From Moniliella sp. 'wahieum' (Eukaryota), in NCBI GenBank assembly GCA_003971905.1, contig RSEE01000119.1:124001-180590 (forward strand): DNA of 56,590 nucleotides, in the 5' to 3' direction. The notes below the pieces were generated by a model, which saw nothing but the letters and a program-made list of their open reading frames with translations, ran no database searches and was not told the DNA's origin. Each line of letters begins with the position of its first letter. Within the stretch, counting starts at the first letter, position 1. This document shows, one piece after another, positions 1 to 11,953 of the stretch. The position numbers were made by a program, and so were the translations under genes.

Positions 1-104
1 CGAGTGCTCCATCACCACCGTCACCTCCCTCTCTCCATTCCTCTCCACCGTTCTCTGGGGTCAACCGCTCGTTCTCTTCCCCTCCCCCACCCTGCCCTCC
101 AACT

Positions 105-1348
105 ATGGCCGCTCGCTCTCCCTCTGTCCGCCGCGATGAACTGTACCACAATCTGAGTCTCGAGAAGCCCCGCGTGGACCACGACCCCTTTTCCGACGAG
201 CCGGCTGTACCGGAACCTGCTCGCCAAGCGACCCATCCGGCGCTCCAGGCCGCAAGGGCCGCCGCCACTGCAGCCCGTGTGCCCAAAGCTCCTTCGCACG
301 AGCCGGCGATGCCGTCGGCTGCGATGGGCGCACATGGGGCCACCTCCCCCTCGGCGTATGCCCAGCAGTTCCAAGCCCCCACCAGCTTCTCTGATGCTCC
401 GCGCCAACAGCAGCGGCATTCCAAGAAGCCCTCCCTTTTCCGTCGTAGCGTTGTGGCCCTCACGGGCGGGAATCGGATGAGGCCAGTGGGTCACCCGCAC
501 GCAGTGGTGCAGGCGGGCTGCAGCGCAAGCCTTCGGCGCTGCGTAAGAGCATGGCCTGGCTCCTGGGTCCCCCACCTGCTGTCCGCTTGGCGCCTGGAAT
601 TGGCGATACACCTACGATGGCGACGGAGAAATCGGGTCCGGGCAGCAAGGACCCCTTCCTGGGTGGAGGCGGTGAGGGAAATGAATGGGACGTGGATGGT
701 TCCGGCGCAGCGTTTTGGAAACGTTTCTCCATTGCCCAGCGTCACGCCCAGAACCAAGCCGACCCTTTAACTCAACAGAGTAAGGAGTTCGTTTCCTCCC
801 AGAAACGGGCCAACCGCAAGATGCGGATCGGGGTCTACCTCACGCTTGTTTTGTTGGTCGCTCTGATCATTGGACTCGCGGTTGGCATCCCTGCCTCCCA
901 CAAGTCTTCCTCTTCCTCTTCCGGTTCGGGGTCGGACAGTACAAGCAACTCCAAGCGCGCTCTCCTCTACCTGCCCACCGACATTCCTGCTTCATCAATT
1001 CCAACCAATGCCTCTCGCGCAGCAGCCGCTGTTGAGGCTGATTGGAAAAAGGTCGAGCCAAGCACCAATACCGCCCCTTCCCTAGCGCCCGCCTTCCGAT
1101 CCAGGGCCGCACCCACCACAAGTTTGCCCACCGTCGTGCAGCTCAAGCGGCCAGCCAGACTACGGCATAGCCCTTCCGTTCATTCGCGCTACGCCCGGTG
1201 CTTGCGTTCGGTGTCGGAGGGACCATCTCTCGTCGGGCCCAGCACGGTAACAAGGTGCCCACCATGTCTCCTCCGGCTATTCAGGTGCTTGATCCATCCG
1301 GCCCTCCTGTTTTATCTTCGGTCCCCTCCAATCATTTCTGGTCCGTGA
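105..1348 (+). CDS. Hypothetical single-pass membrane protein (frameshifted; 3' end uncertain)
   Basis: ATG at 105 opens MAARSPSVRRDELYHNLSLEKP. The frame continues in ORF 551..1348 with a basic stretch then a hydrophobic helix (KRANRKMR-IGVYLTLVLLVALIIGLAVGIPA) and a Ser-rich segment. No family recognised. Confidence 0.5.
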
Positions 1349-2450
1349 CTCGGGAGGGTTCATGGGCAAGCCTTTCGTTACTATCCCTCCTCCTATCCCT
1401 CCACCCTTCCCACCCTCTCCCCTCTAGCGACAGGGAAACAAGTTGCCCTCACTTGGCATGGGGCTGACACAATCGTCTGATACCTTATTTCCACGTGGCC
1501 CGCTCCCCTACTACGATCTCTTCTTCCGTCGGTCCCATGCCTCCACCACCGCCCCCTTTCACCCCCTCTCCCACTTTATCCCTTCAGACCTTTCCCTTTT
1601 CCTTGCCTCGGTCATCCATGGTACGGTGGGAGAAGGCGGCCATAGCCTTGTCTTCCCTGCGATGACCCTGTATCCATCCTTATCGTGGGAGTCCTTATCG
1701 TTTACTTACCCCCAGTCTGATATTTTTCTTTTTTTCTACATCTACTGGCCCTGGCTCAGGGCAGGCTCATAGTCAAATGGGAATTGTAGTAGGTTCAATA
1801 TCCATTTCTTCCAACAGTCTCCGGGGACACTCGGACAGTATTACCTAGCTGGAATCAGCTTCCTGGCCCTATCGACCCTATCTCCACTGAGCCACAGGAT
1901 CAGAAAGGTTTGGAGGCACGACGTCGCGCATCGCTCCGTTATAGACATATGCCTCTCTCCAGCTCTAAGTATCAGAACCCTCTCTTCTCGAGACAGAAAC
2001 ACTTATAATTGTCGACCATTTATTACCGTGCGCGGCTATACTACCCCGCACCCTCGCGTCCCTCTTTTTTTCAGGTTCCGTCGTCCAATGTGCATTTGGC
2101 ACCCCTCAATGTTGAAGCTGTTCAACATCGTCCAACCGACCCCTCCCAGTAGGTATCCGAGGTTGCCTTGGCCCAGAAAGGGGAAACTGGGGGGGACGGT
2201 CGAGAGTCGATCACCGAAAAACAACAATGCATGACGCCTCGCTTGACGTGGCATTTGCAATGTTCACGCGTTCACGGGACAGTGACTAGAGTGACCAACG
2301 TAGGGAGGCGACGTGGAAGGGCGTACACGTGGCCAGTCGACTGGCATTGGAGCCATCTTCGCGTTTTCTCCAGGTGGGCTGTCTGGAGCAGCGTCCCGCA
2401 CTTGCTTCCTTCATCTTTCCATCCCCTCCCCTCCCCTCCCGTCTCTTCCT

Positions 2451-3573
2451 ATGTCGGCCCCCTCTGACCTGCAAGCCCGTCGCCACACTCGCCGCATCGT
2501 CCTCTTCGATGTGGATGGCACGCTCACCTGCGCGCCAGGGCATCAAGCCTGACATGCTCACCGAGCTTCAGCGTCTCCGCAATACCACGGCAGCCACGTG
2601 GGCTTTGTCGGCGGAAGCGACATGAACAAGATCGGGAGCAGCTCGAGGTGCCTGGTGGCCCCAAGATGGAGGACCTGTTTGACTATGGGTTTGCCGAGAA
2701 TGGATTGACGGCATGGGCGGCACCACCCCGCACTGTACTGCCTCTTGGGCCAGACGAGGAGAGTGTCGGTCCAGCGGCGGCTACGCCAGTACGTTCTACC
2801 ACCGCCGCGCCGACCCGCCCCACCACCCAGTTTGCGCCGGTTAGCTTCATCTCCTGGCTCGGGGAGGATCGGTACAAGCAGTTGGTCAAGTTTGTGCTGC
2901 GGTACATCTCTGACTGGACCTGCCCGTGATGCGCGGCACGTTTGTCGAGTTCCGCAAGGGCATGGTCAACATTAGTCCCATTGGGCGTAATGCGTCTGTG
3001 CAAGAGCGTCACGACTTTGAGGCGTACGACAAGATCCACCAGATCCGTGCACAGTTTGTCAAGGCGCTTCAAACCCAGTTTAAGGACTTTGGGCTGCGCT
3101 TCTCCATTGGCGGGCAGATCAGCTTTGATGTGTTCCCCGACGGGTGGGACAAGCGTTACGCCCTCCAACGTCTGGAGGAAGAGTATGCCCAAATCCAAGC
3201 GCTAGAGAAGTCCGAGGAGGCCACCACAGAGCTCGTTGCGGACGCCAAGGCCGAGGCTGCGGCTGTGGCGGCGCCGCCGGTGCACCACGCTGGGATTGGG
3301 ACGAGATCACTTCTTTGGTGACAAAACCTATGCTGTACGTCCCTTCTCCCCCGTTACCCCGTTCCACGATGTACGCACAACATCCTCTAACTGCCTTTCT
3401 TCTCCAATTAGGGTGGTAACGACCATGAGATCTTCGAGGACGAGCGGACTCAAGGTCACTCAGTCACTTGCCCCGAGGACACCATCTTGCTGCTCCAACA
3501 ACTTTTCCCTTCCTTCCCTAAGTCCTTTTGGACCCCGGGCTCTATGCCGCATTGCATTCGCTATGGTCGGTGA
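2451..3573 (+). CDS. SEC53: Eukaryotic phosphomannomutase (HAD superfamily)
   Basis: HAD motif [12 protein letters not shown], then [34 protein letters not shown] and [22 protein letters not shown]. Intron 3335..3411 (GTACGT/CTAAC/TAG) joins FFGDKTYA to GGNDHEIF. Several frameshifts; stop position approximate. Confidence 0.93.
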
Positions 3574-3745
3574 CGAAACGACCTCGGGATTGGGTACTGG
3601 CAGGCTACCGGCTGAGCACAATGTGGGTGGGAATTACCCTTGAATGGTATGCATATAGAAAGTGGAACGAGCGTCCGACGGCAAAGGAACACATGAGGCT
3701 AGGTAGGATGCAGGATAGATGAAAGGGGAAATCCGAAAGGTAGTG

Positions 3746-6516
3746 TCAGTGTCGATCGTACTCGGCATAAGTGGGCAGCTCTTGATCGTCCGAGGCAGGC
3801 AGGGGCGGCGTAGCTCCCCTAGAATCGGACGCCGGCGACGCACTGCGAGCGACACAAGCCCTCTTGCAGCCGAATACGAAGGTGGTTGGGTCGAATGGTG
3901 GGGGTCTTCCAGCCCATGTTCATCATGCTCATGGGACCCATGGTACGGTGGTGGGGGTGGAGCATGCCCGTCTCAAGGCTCGGCCCTCCCATGCCGACCG
4001 ACGATGAATGCAAGCTGCGGGGAGGCCGTGGACAAGTACAGGGTGGCGCTATGAGCTGAAGGGCGGCGGCTTGAAGATTGGAAGGATAGGCGTAGGCAAA
4101 GTCCTGTGGAGGAGGAAGAGGGGCATCCGGGGCGGTCGCGTCCCCGAAACTGGGAGGTGGCTCGGAATGTAGGCGGGTACCCGACGATCGCGTCCTAACT
4201 TGACCCAGCAGGGCGGGGTTCAGACGAGCAGCCGCTGCTAATCGAAGTCCCACGGGATCGGGTGGTTCTCATCAGGAGGTGGAGCTGAGGCGGGAGGGGC
4301 ATCCCATGAAGAATCGTCCTGCTCGCTTGCACCATCTTCGCCGTCTCCATTTGAGGGGCGATGGTGACGTGGGCGTCTCGGGCGCAGCTGTCCAAGCAGG
4401 AGGTTGCAGAGGCATGGAAGGCGGGGGATTCTCTGCCCGAGCACCAGCAAGAACTGCATGGGCATCCGCATCAATCTCTTGCTCTTCAGGTGGTTCGCCT
4501 GGAGGCGGACGCAAGTCATCATTCGTCTCCAGTGGTCCATTGCGCCACCGGCCGCTCAGCCCCAATCGCAGCGATCCGACGACCAATTTCCATGCCCATC
4601 CGTAATTCAAACTCATTAAGATCGTCATCTGCCCCTACAGGGGGTGGGGCTTCCTCGGAAGGAGGAGCATCCCATGCAGTTGGGGGATCGGGAGTCGAGA
4701 TCGCCGGGGGTGGCAAGGCAGGGTCGGTTCCAAGGCCGGTGCGACAGAGTATCCCCTCCCGTGGCAACGCCCGTTGTTCCAGTCCAGGCGCACTGGAGCT
4801 GGCACCACCTTCATCGTAGATGATGCTATCTTCGTACCCATCAAATTCCTCCAACTGGTCAAACCCTTCGAACACACTGCCTCCATGGCCCGAACCTGCC
4901 GCTTCAGCACGTCTCCGCCCCCAGTCAGCGCTTCGGCCGCGCGCATCTTTTCAGCACGTACGCTGTGAAGGGTGTGGGCAACACCGGGGTCTGCCGCACT
5001 CCCCTCGCGTTGGTCGAGTGTCATCGCCCCTTCAGCATCGCCATGAAGCTCACTTGCATCGACAAAGTCTTCGGTCCACAACGGGTCACCATCGGAGTTA
5101 AGTCCGATTGCTGCCTCGGGAGGTATGCCGGGGAGAACAAATACTTTGCGCGAGAAGCGGATGTGAACATCTCGTGGTCGATCTTCCGATGCACCGGCAG
5201 CACGGGGCGGAGACCGTGGTGGAGCAGGTTGAACAGGCAATTTCGCCTCCGACGTGCTGGGCGCAGCCGAATGCCCAAGGTGAGAAGAACCATGTCCCTT
5301 GGACTCGTCCATGAAGCTCACTTCGGCCTCATGGGACGGTGAGGGGGAGCGAGAATAGGATCGTGTGGAGGAGAGAACAATGCGCACCCGAACTTCGTAC
5401 TCCACCTTGTGGAAGAGGGTTTCTTGGCTAATGCTTGCACACGCTGTGCCTTCCCTCTGATGATCGTGTGCCACATCTGCGTCTACCAAGGCAGCAGCAT
5501 TGGCTTCGGCTTCTGTCTCGGACCAAGTGCCACCCGGCTGGGACGGACAGGAACGGCGGTATTCCCCCTGTTTGGAGCGCCAGATGAAACGCGCACATCG
5601 TACAGAGCCGATCAATCTCTGCACTCGGGGCGGGGGGGCAGCAATGTTGTAGGGCGAATGGAGCGCCAGACGCAAGACGATGGCCCGGGACGAATTAAAG
5701 CGGGCCAACTTGCCCGAGTAGGAGAGCTGTGCCTCGTACACTGTCTGTTTCTCTCTCGCCAAAAGGACGGGATGAGCTGGAGAAGCCAAGCCTGACCAGA
5801 CGCATGGGTTGCTAATGAAGCGGGGGGGGCAGGCACCGGTCTGGGTCCTGCACAGAATGAGAGCAGTGCCCGTAGCATCTTCCTCCTTAGGTGGCTCTGT
5901 CGCCGTGATGACCCGCACTAGTCGGGCTTCGACCGAGCGGAGAGACATGCCCTTCTCCGTAGCCAACCCCTGGGGCGGGGGAGGAATTAATACGTTGATA
6001 CGCATAGGCTCGCCGCGGCGAAAAAGGGTGCGAGCCAATTGGGCATGTACGACGGTAGGATAGCGGGCGGACCAGGCGTGGGGTGCCAGACCGTATCCAG
6101 GGGCACATGAATTGTGCCGGCAGCACCCAGGGAGGGGTCCAATGCTGAATCTGCTCCAATCCGGTCGCTGGAGGATGCTGCCGCAGTGGCGAATGAGGTG
6201 GAAGACCCGCGGCAATTGGGGAGGAGGGCTCATCAGAGTAGGCGGGTGGCCGGCCTTGTGCCTGGGCCGGCACCTGGGCCGGTGAGAGTAGGCGTGAGAG
6301 CGGTCCAGGAGGCATGTACCGTGTGAGATGCACGGGTACGGAGGAAACGACCTTGCGCATCTGCCAGGAAAACGGCTGCGATGGTTGCTTTGGGGCGACA
6401 AGTAGCTCGGCCGTAAGGACGTAGCGCACACCCGAGGACGGCAGATGGACACATTGGGGTAGGTCGGGCGTCATACGGAACTCAAAGGGCATCGAGCTCG
6501 GGAGGCGTGTGTGGGG

Positions 6517-6548
<32 letters not shown>

Positions 6549-6895
6549 CTTGCGGTGTGGTAGGGAAGCAAGCTGAGTTTCTGGATCGGGTGGGGTCCAG
6601 AGCGGGAGGAGGCGGAGTACAAAACAGCATGGGAACTGGGGTGCGTTCGAGTGCGTGCAGGTGGATGCGGACCTGGAGCAGGTCAAATGCAGCATAAATG
6701 CGCTCGTCCAACTTGGCCAGCACATCGCCGCGGACAAAGGCACTTGCGTCGGGCACGCCCAGCCATCCGTCCTGGAACGAGGCCGCGTCGAGGTGGGGTG
6801 TGACGCTGAGAATCGAATCACCGGCCTCAAGGGGTGCGAGGCTGGGCGGACCTCCCCAAGGGTCCGGACGGAATGGGCATGGATGGGGAGGACAT
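3746..6895 (-). CDS. Alpha-arrestin-like protein with PY motifs (putative Rsp5/Nedd4 adaptor), frameshifted
   Basis: Arrestin-fold-like beta segments (AFVRGDVLAKL, MPFEFRMTPDLPQCVHLPSSGVRYVLTAEL, LFHKVEYEVRVRIVL), an internal PPAY, and a disordered acidic tail ending PPPPY...QPPSY...ELPTYAEYDRH-stop (TGA at 3748..3746). Pieced together across several frames. Confidence 0.65.
6518..6547. repeat. (CAG/CTG)10 microsatellite encoding polyQ in the arrestin-like gene
   Basis: TGC repeated 10 times on the + strand; reads as a polyQ run on the - strand. Confidence 0.9.
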
Positions 6896-9800
6896 CCCAG
6901 CAACGGCGGCTGGAGCAGGAGCGATTGCCAGCGGAGGCACGCGGACAGGGGGTGGATGAGGCGCGGGCGATGGTGGTGGTGGTGTGGTGTGGTTGTGGCG
7001 GCGGTGGGCGGCGAGGGTGGGGGTGACCGGTGAGCGTGAGCGGGCTCTTGGCGGGCGTCGGCGACTCGCAGCGACTGACGACAGCCCAGGCTGCGCTGCT
7101 GCGCAGTCACGTGCACGGCCCCTCGCACGTGCGTTTCCCATTTCAATCTCCATGCGGAGCCGCCAATATCCGCTGGCAACATTCATGTTTCAATTCCCCA
7201 TTCGAAGCAGCACCTTCCGGCTGCTACGCGCTAATCTAATCAGAGCTTGAAGCTTGAACCTTGGCCGCGCTGAGATCGCTTCTGGCTCAGATCTCTGAGG
7301 TTCAGATCTTCTCAATTCTCCGTCAGACCTCCGCCTTGTTTCGATCCAAGATGCATGATCCACCCTCCCCGACCGGTTTTGCCAGCGGTCCTGAGCTCTG
7401 TCTGGCATCTGACACAGGGGCACGTGCGCGTACGCCTGCTGCATCATTATCATCGGTCGCCTTCTGGTGCCGAATGCCGAGAGAGGGGCGGAATGAGAGA
7501 GCCATGGGCAGTATGGAACCAAACTCGATCCAATTGGTATATATACCGTTCACACAGAGTAACCTTGTGGCGTTGACGAGACAATCGCTGCTATGAAGTG
7601 AGGCTCAATTGTTCCGATCAGTGCGCTAGCGGAGCATCAAAAGGACGAAGCAATTTTGCGCTTTGATGGTAATAGAGGGATGAGGAATGATGAAGGAGAG
7701 ACACCGGGCCCACTAGTTTCCAAAGACGCCAAAAAACGGCTTCACTGGGGATAGGAGGGGAAAGTGAACGCCCGAGTTGATCGACGAGACTTCTGGGAGG
7801 CAGCGGCAGGAAAGATGAGGTTATAAGTGCGGTTGGGAGTAGGGGAAAAGTGACGGGAATGCGAGGCTGTTGGGGAACTGGCAAATCCCCGGGACGTGCT
7901 CTCCTGGTGGGAGGGCGGTAGAGGCGGAAGGTGTGGAGGGTAATGTCGGGCTCTGCTATAACAGAGGCGTCATGCTTTTCCGGGTATAGGGAACTACTGC
8001 ATCGGCGATCTCTCTCCGGGGGTCAGGCGGTATTGCTGCCGGTGTAGGCGGGGCGTTCTCAGCGCTTGCCTCCATATTTTGTGGGGCAGGTAGTGGTGGT
8101 GCAGCGGAAAGCAGGAATATGGGTATTAGGGCGCGGAGTCCCGAAGGGCAGCCGCGATGTATACACCCAGGTCTCACCGAGAAGTGCCTATGGATCTCTT
8201 CTTTGCCGGCGACAGAGGTCTCACAGATGTGGGAACGAGAGAGGATAAACAGGATGAGAGCCTGGATAGTATTCGGGGTTATAACTGTGTTCGCGTCGAT
8301 CGCGGGCGAGACAACAGGGGCAAAGAAGTCTAGGGGATGGAAAGGAGCCCAGGCAAGTCGTGGCTGTGGAGGAAGCCCGCATGGGAGGCTGTAGCCACCG
8401 GGGGTTGGCGAAGGGCCTGACACCGACCTATTATGCAAGGCGTCCTCCAGATAGAAGTCGAGACGCCCGTGTGACGATAGTGTTCTGCGTATGAACTGTG
8501 GCGGACATAACAGGGGGAGCGCTTTCTGGATTGGCGAAGTAGGGATAGAGATGTCCGAGGGAGGGATGCATGGGACTATATGGAAGCTTGCGAGTGGATG
8601 GCGTTTCCCTCCCCGTCTCTCATCGACGCATCAAAAACGACCATCCTTCTGTTCTGCGCTTTACCACTACTACCCGCTCGTCCTATATTATGTCCATCGG
8701 CATCACCGACGAATACACCACCGTGGCATTGTGAATGGCGGCGATAGTACATCCGTCAAGCGGCTTAGTCTTTTGTCATCAACACCCTGCTTAACCTGCA
8801 AAACCATCAGTAAGACCTCAACACCTTTCACTTAATGAAACATCCGGCGACGACGTTTTGTGGCACCTGGGAGCCCCACGGGAACTATAGGTTGTCTGAT
8901 GGATGGAGAGCTGAAGACGGGAGCTGGAGGACGAGGACGGAAGCGAAGGAGCAACTAAGAAGTTGAGCGTACTGGGTTGATCAAATTGGCGAGGAGAGTA
9001 GGGGAGACGCCAATGGTACTGACAATTGGGCGGCCACGCGGTGGCTACCAATTCACATGGGCAAGAGAGGCCACTACTGCGGGCGGATAGTACGTAATAG
9101 AACTGGATAACAGCGCTGGCGGGCTTTTGCCAGCCCGTCTTCGCCCGTGACACGAACTCTATATTTTTGCCCACCAGTGATGAAGGTGCTGACCCACAGA
9201 ATGAGCACCAGAAAACTAGTCATTCAGACTCTTCAACCGTGTCGGATGTTGAAAATCCCCTATTGATCATTGCGAATGCTGGATCACTCCTACGCTGCAG
9301 CAGGACGCAGTTCAGTGTTTTGCCCCGCTCTGTTATATCTACTCGGTTCGTGTGTTGGCTCTCGCCTCTCCGGTGGCACCACCGTCTTACTTGCGCCTTG
9401 TCGAGCCCGCACAATTTGGCCAGAGCTTTTCGTTTACCAAGACGATATTATTTTGGTGTATTATATACGGAGTAACCGTTTTATAGGACCACAATCCTTG
9501 GACGCCCCGCCGACATATCGCGTCGTCGGTCCCGCCTCTGAAGGGCAGGAGCAGCACATCTCGGCTTTTGTTCATATGGTGTCCTGGGCCACTTCGGCCC
9601 TGGTTGGTTCCACCCCCTTGTCAGCGCTCGCTATATAATACTTCTCCGCATGGAAGAAAGTACAACCACACGCGCATACACGCGCTTCACTCGATTCTGT
9701 TGTCCAACAGCCTGTCATGAATAAACTGTTGTCCCCTTTTTTGAGTCCCACAGCGGCAGCTTTATTCGAGAGAACGTGCCCCAGCTGGTATCAGTATTGC

Positions 9801-10653
9801 TACACTGATTTGCCTGAGTCGGTACCTCTTATAAGAGGACCGCGTTAATGATAACTACCTCTCGAACTTCATCTCTTCTGGTGACATGGACATGTGACAT
9901 TGCGAGACCCTTCTTCAAACAGGCAAGGAGATAAGACTTCTCGGCCAACATATTGCGCACACGCCCTCGTTCCGGCCCTACTACGGCCGGAGTGACAGGC
10001 TTACCAAGAGATAATATATCGCTGCAAATACCCCCAAGGTGACAATCATCCAGGCTGGGAGGTGGTACACGTGTGGCCATCAACCTCTCTCAGGCCCATA
10101 AGGGCGGGCCAAGTGTAAGTACTGCTGAAATTGATCTGTTCGGTCAATAATGTCCCTTCTCACGTATGGATGGGTACTTTGCCGGGCGGAGCGGGTATGT
10201 ATATATGGGTACGAAAAACGTCGATCGAACACAACCGTATGCGTATGACCACAACGGATATGAAAACGAAGGCACTTGAACGTGAACGTTGAACCCCATC
10301 AAATAACTTTGACGGAGCCCCAGACTCAGAGATGCATCCCTTTTTCTGGCTTAAGAGACTAAAACCTGGTGTGGCTATGTGTACCGCGTAATAGTGACAA
10401 CCATCTAGAGTGACTAGTGATTTAAGGAAGGATCCTATACCAGAATGGCTAGATGACCAACAAGTTAGCCAATCGCCTTGGCCATATGCGGGGCTGCGAT
10501 GCAAGCCAGCTAGACAATCAGGCATGGAATCCAACGAAAGCCCGAATGCTAGATGTATGAACGAACCTGAGGCTTTCGTGTCGTGACGAGGTGGACCCGC
10601 ATGCTCACGAGCATGAGCACATGAGTACGAGTGGCGTTTGAACTTGAGGCTAA

Positions 10654-11410
10654 CCCTCAGGCCTCAGGCTGTTTTGGCCTGAGGCCTAAAGCTTAAAGCT
10701 TATTGAAGCTTGAAGCTCGTGAAAGAGCAGGTGTACCATATTAAGCGCGTACTAAAAACTCCTATATTGTGACCACATATCATTGACAGAACATAAGGCT
10801 GGGGATAAAGAAACGCTGCGCCTAAACCGACCCGTTCATCCGGAGTATATGTGTTGCTCGTTAGCGCCAAGCCCCTTTAGGGAACAAGGGGAATCGCCAG
10901 GAAATCAGGATGAAGACCGGAGGAACCCAAGGATTTGGGGGGAGAACCTCTGCAAGTGTAGAGCAATGCAATCGCAGTGATGGTGGTTCTGGTCTAAGCC
11001 TTAGGTCATATACTAAGGCCTAAGGCCTGCATGATTATGTGCGACATGTACTGAAGGGAGAGTCACTGTTCGCCGTTCACGCTCACCGATCAATGCTCAA
11101 TATTCAATGCGGGGAGATAGGGATTCCGGCACGAGGCGAAGCGAGCATCACATGTATCCCAGACAGACTGACCCTCGCATCAAAACATCTGATTCTCTGC
11201 GCCTCACGAGTCACGCACTCACACACCTTACCTTCGGCCTTGGCCTTATTTGCTTCAAGCTTAGCTTTAAGGTTTAAGGTTTAAGCTTTCCTAGCCACTA
11301 GTGACATTGACAGTTACTCTTCGCTCTCCATCCTTTCGTCCAACTTTTACTCTGGGATTTTGTGTTCGGGCCCAGTATTGTTTGCTCTTTCCCTCAGGCC
11401 TCAGGCTCAG
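10654..11410. repeat. Symmetric cluster of 7-bp-period palindromic repeats
   Basis: Exact 17-bp direct repeat CCCTCAGGCCTCAGGCT at 10654..10670 and 11391..11407. Imperfect inverted pair 10688..10716 / 11252..11289 built from AAGCTT-N units. Central block CTAAGCCTTAGG...CTAAGGCCTAAGGCCT at 10994..11028. Confidence 0.8.
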
Positions 11411-11903
11411 GGAGGGCTTTGGGACTGCCGGCATCAACTATCGTTCATTAATCACGCACACTTGGCTGTAGTTTTCTGCCCCCATTTCCCTGGCTCGCTC
11501 TATGGTTTCGGCTCTACTCGACTGGATGTGCTCTGAAAATGACATTGCTAAAGGGAGGGCACCACGGTGGGTGTGTTTCACTGTTGGACGAAGCCGAAAA
11601 GAGACGGAGCCATCGAGCGTGTCCGGTTGAAACCTTAAATGTAAACACAGAACCCCCCCCCCACACGCGCGAATGATGCAGTGGCGAACTGCAATACGTG
11701 CACAAAAGAAGGATGACAAGGACGAAGCTCATCTCTGAGAGCGCGAACGCGTTGAACGCGTGATGGGCGGACGTTTGATTTCGGAGGCGATCGGTGATAT
11801 ATGATAGACGTCCGCGGGGCACACCGGCCGGGAAGAAACGCATCTCGACCTTCTTCGTTTTCGTCTTGAACGTGCATAAAAGAAGCATAAACTATTTTCT
11901 CGT

Positions 11904-11953
11904 GTTACGCGTTACGCGTTGTTACGCGTTGTTACGCGTTACGCGCGTTACGC
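11904..11953. repeat. GTTACGC tandem array containing ACGCGT (MCB-like) sites
   Basis: GTTACGC GTTACGC GTT GTTACGC GTT GTTACGC GTTACGC GC GTTACGC; ACGCGT at 11907, 11914, 11924 and 11934. Confidence 0.85.

Noticed and set aside
7275..7300. ATCGCTTCT resembling the U2 snRNA 5' end
   Set aside because: The branch-point recognition sequence GTGTAGTA and the rest of U2 are absent.
10650..10658. CTAACCCT resembling a telomerase RNA template
   Set aside because: Only 8 nt, continues CA rather than AA, is embedded in the heptad repeats, and no other TER feature is identifiable by eye.
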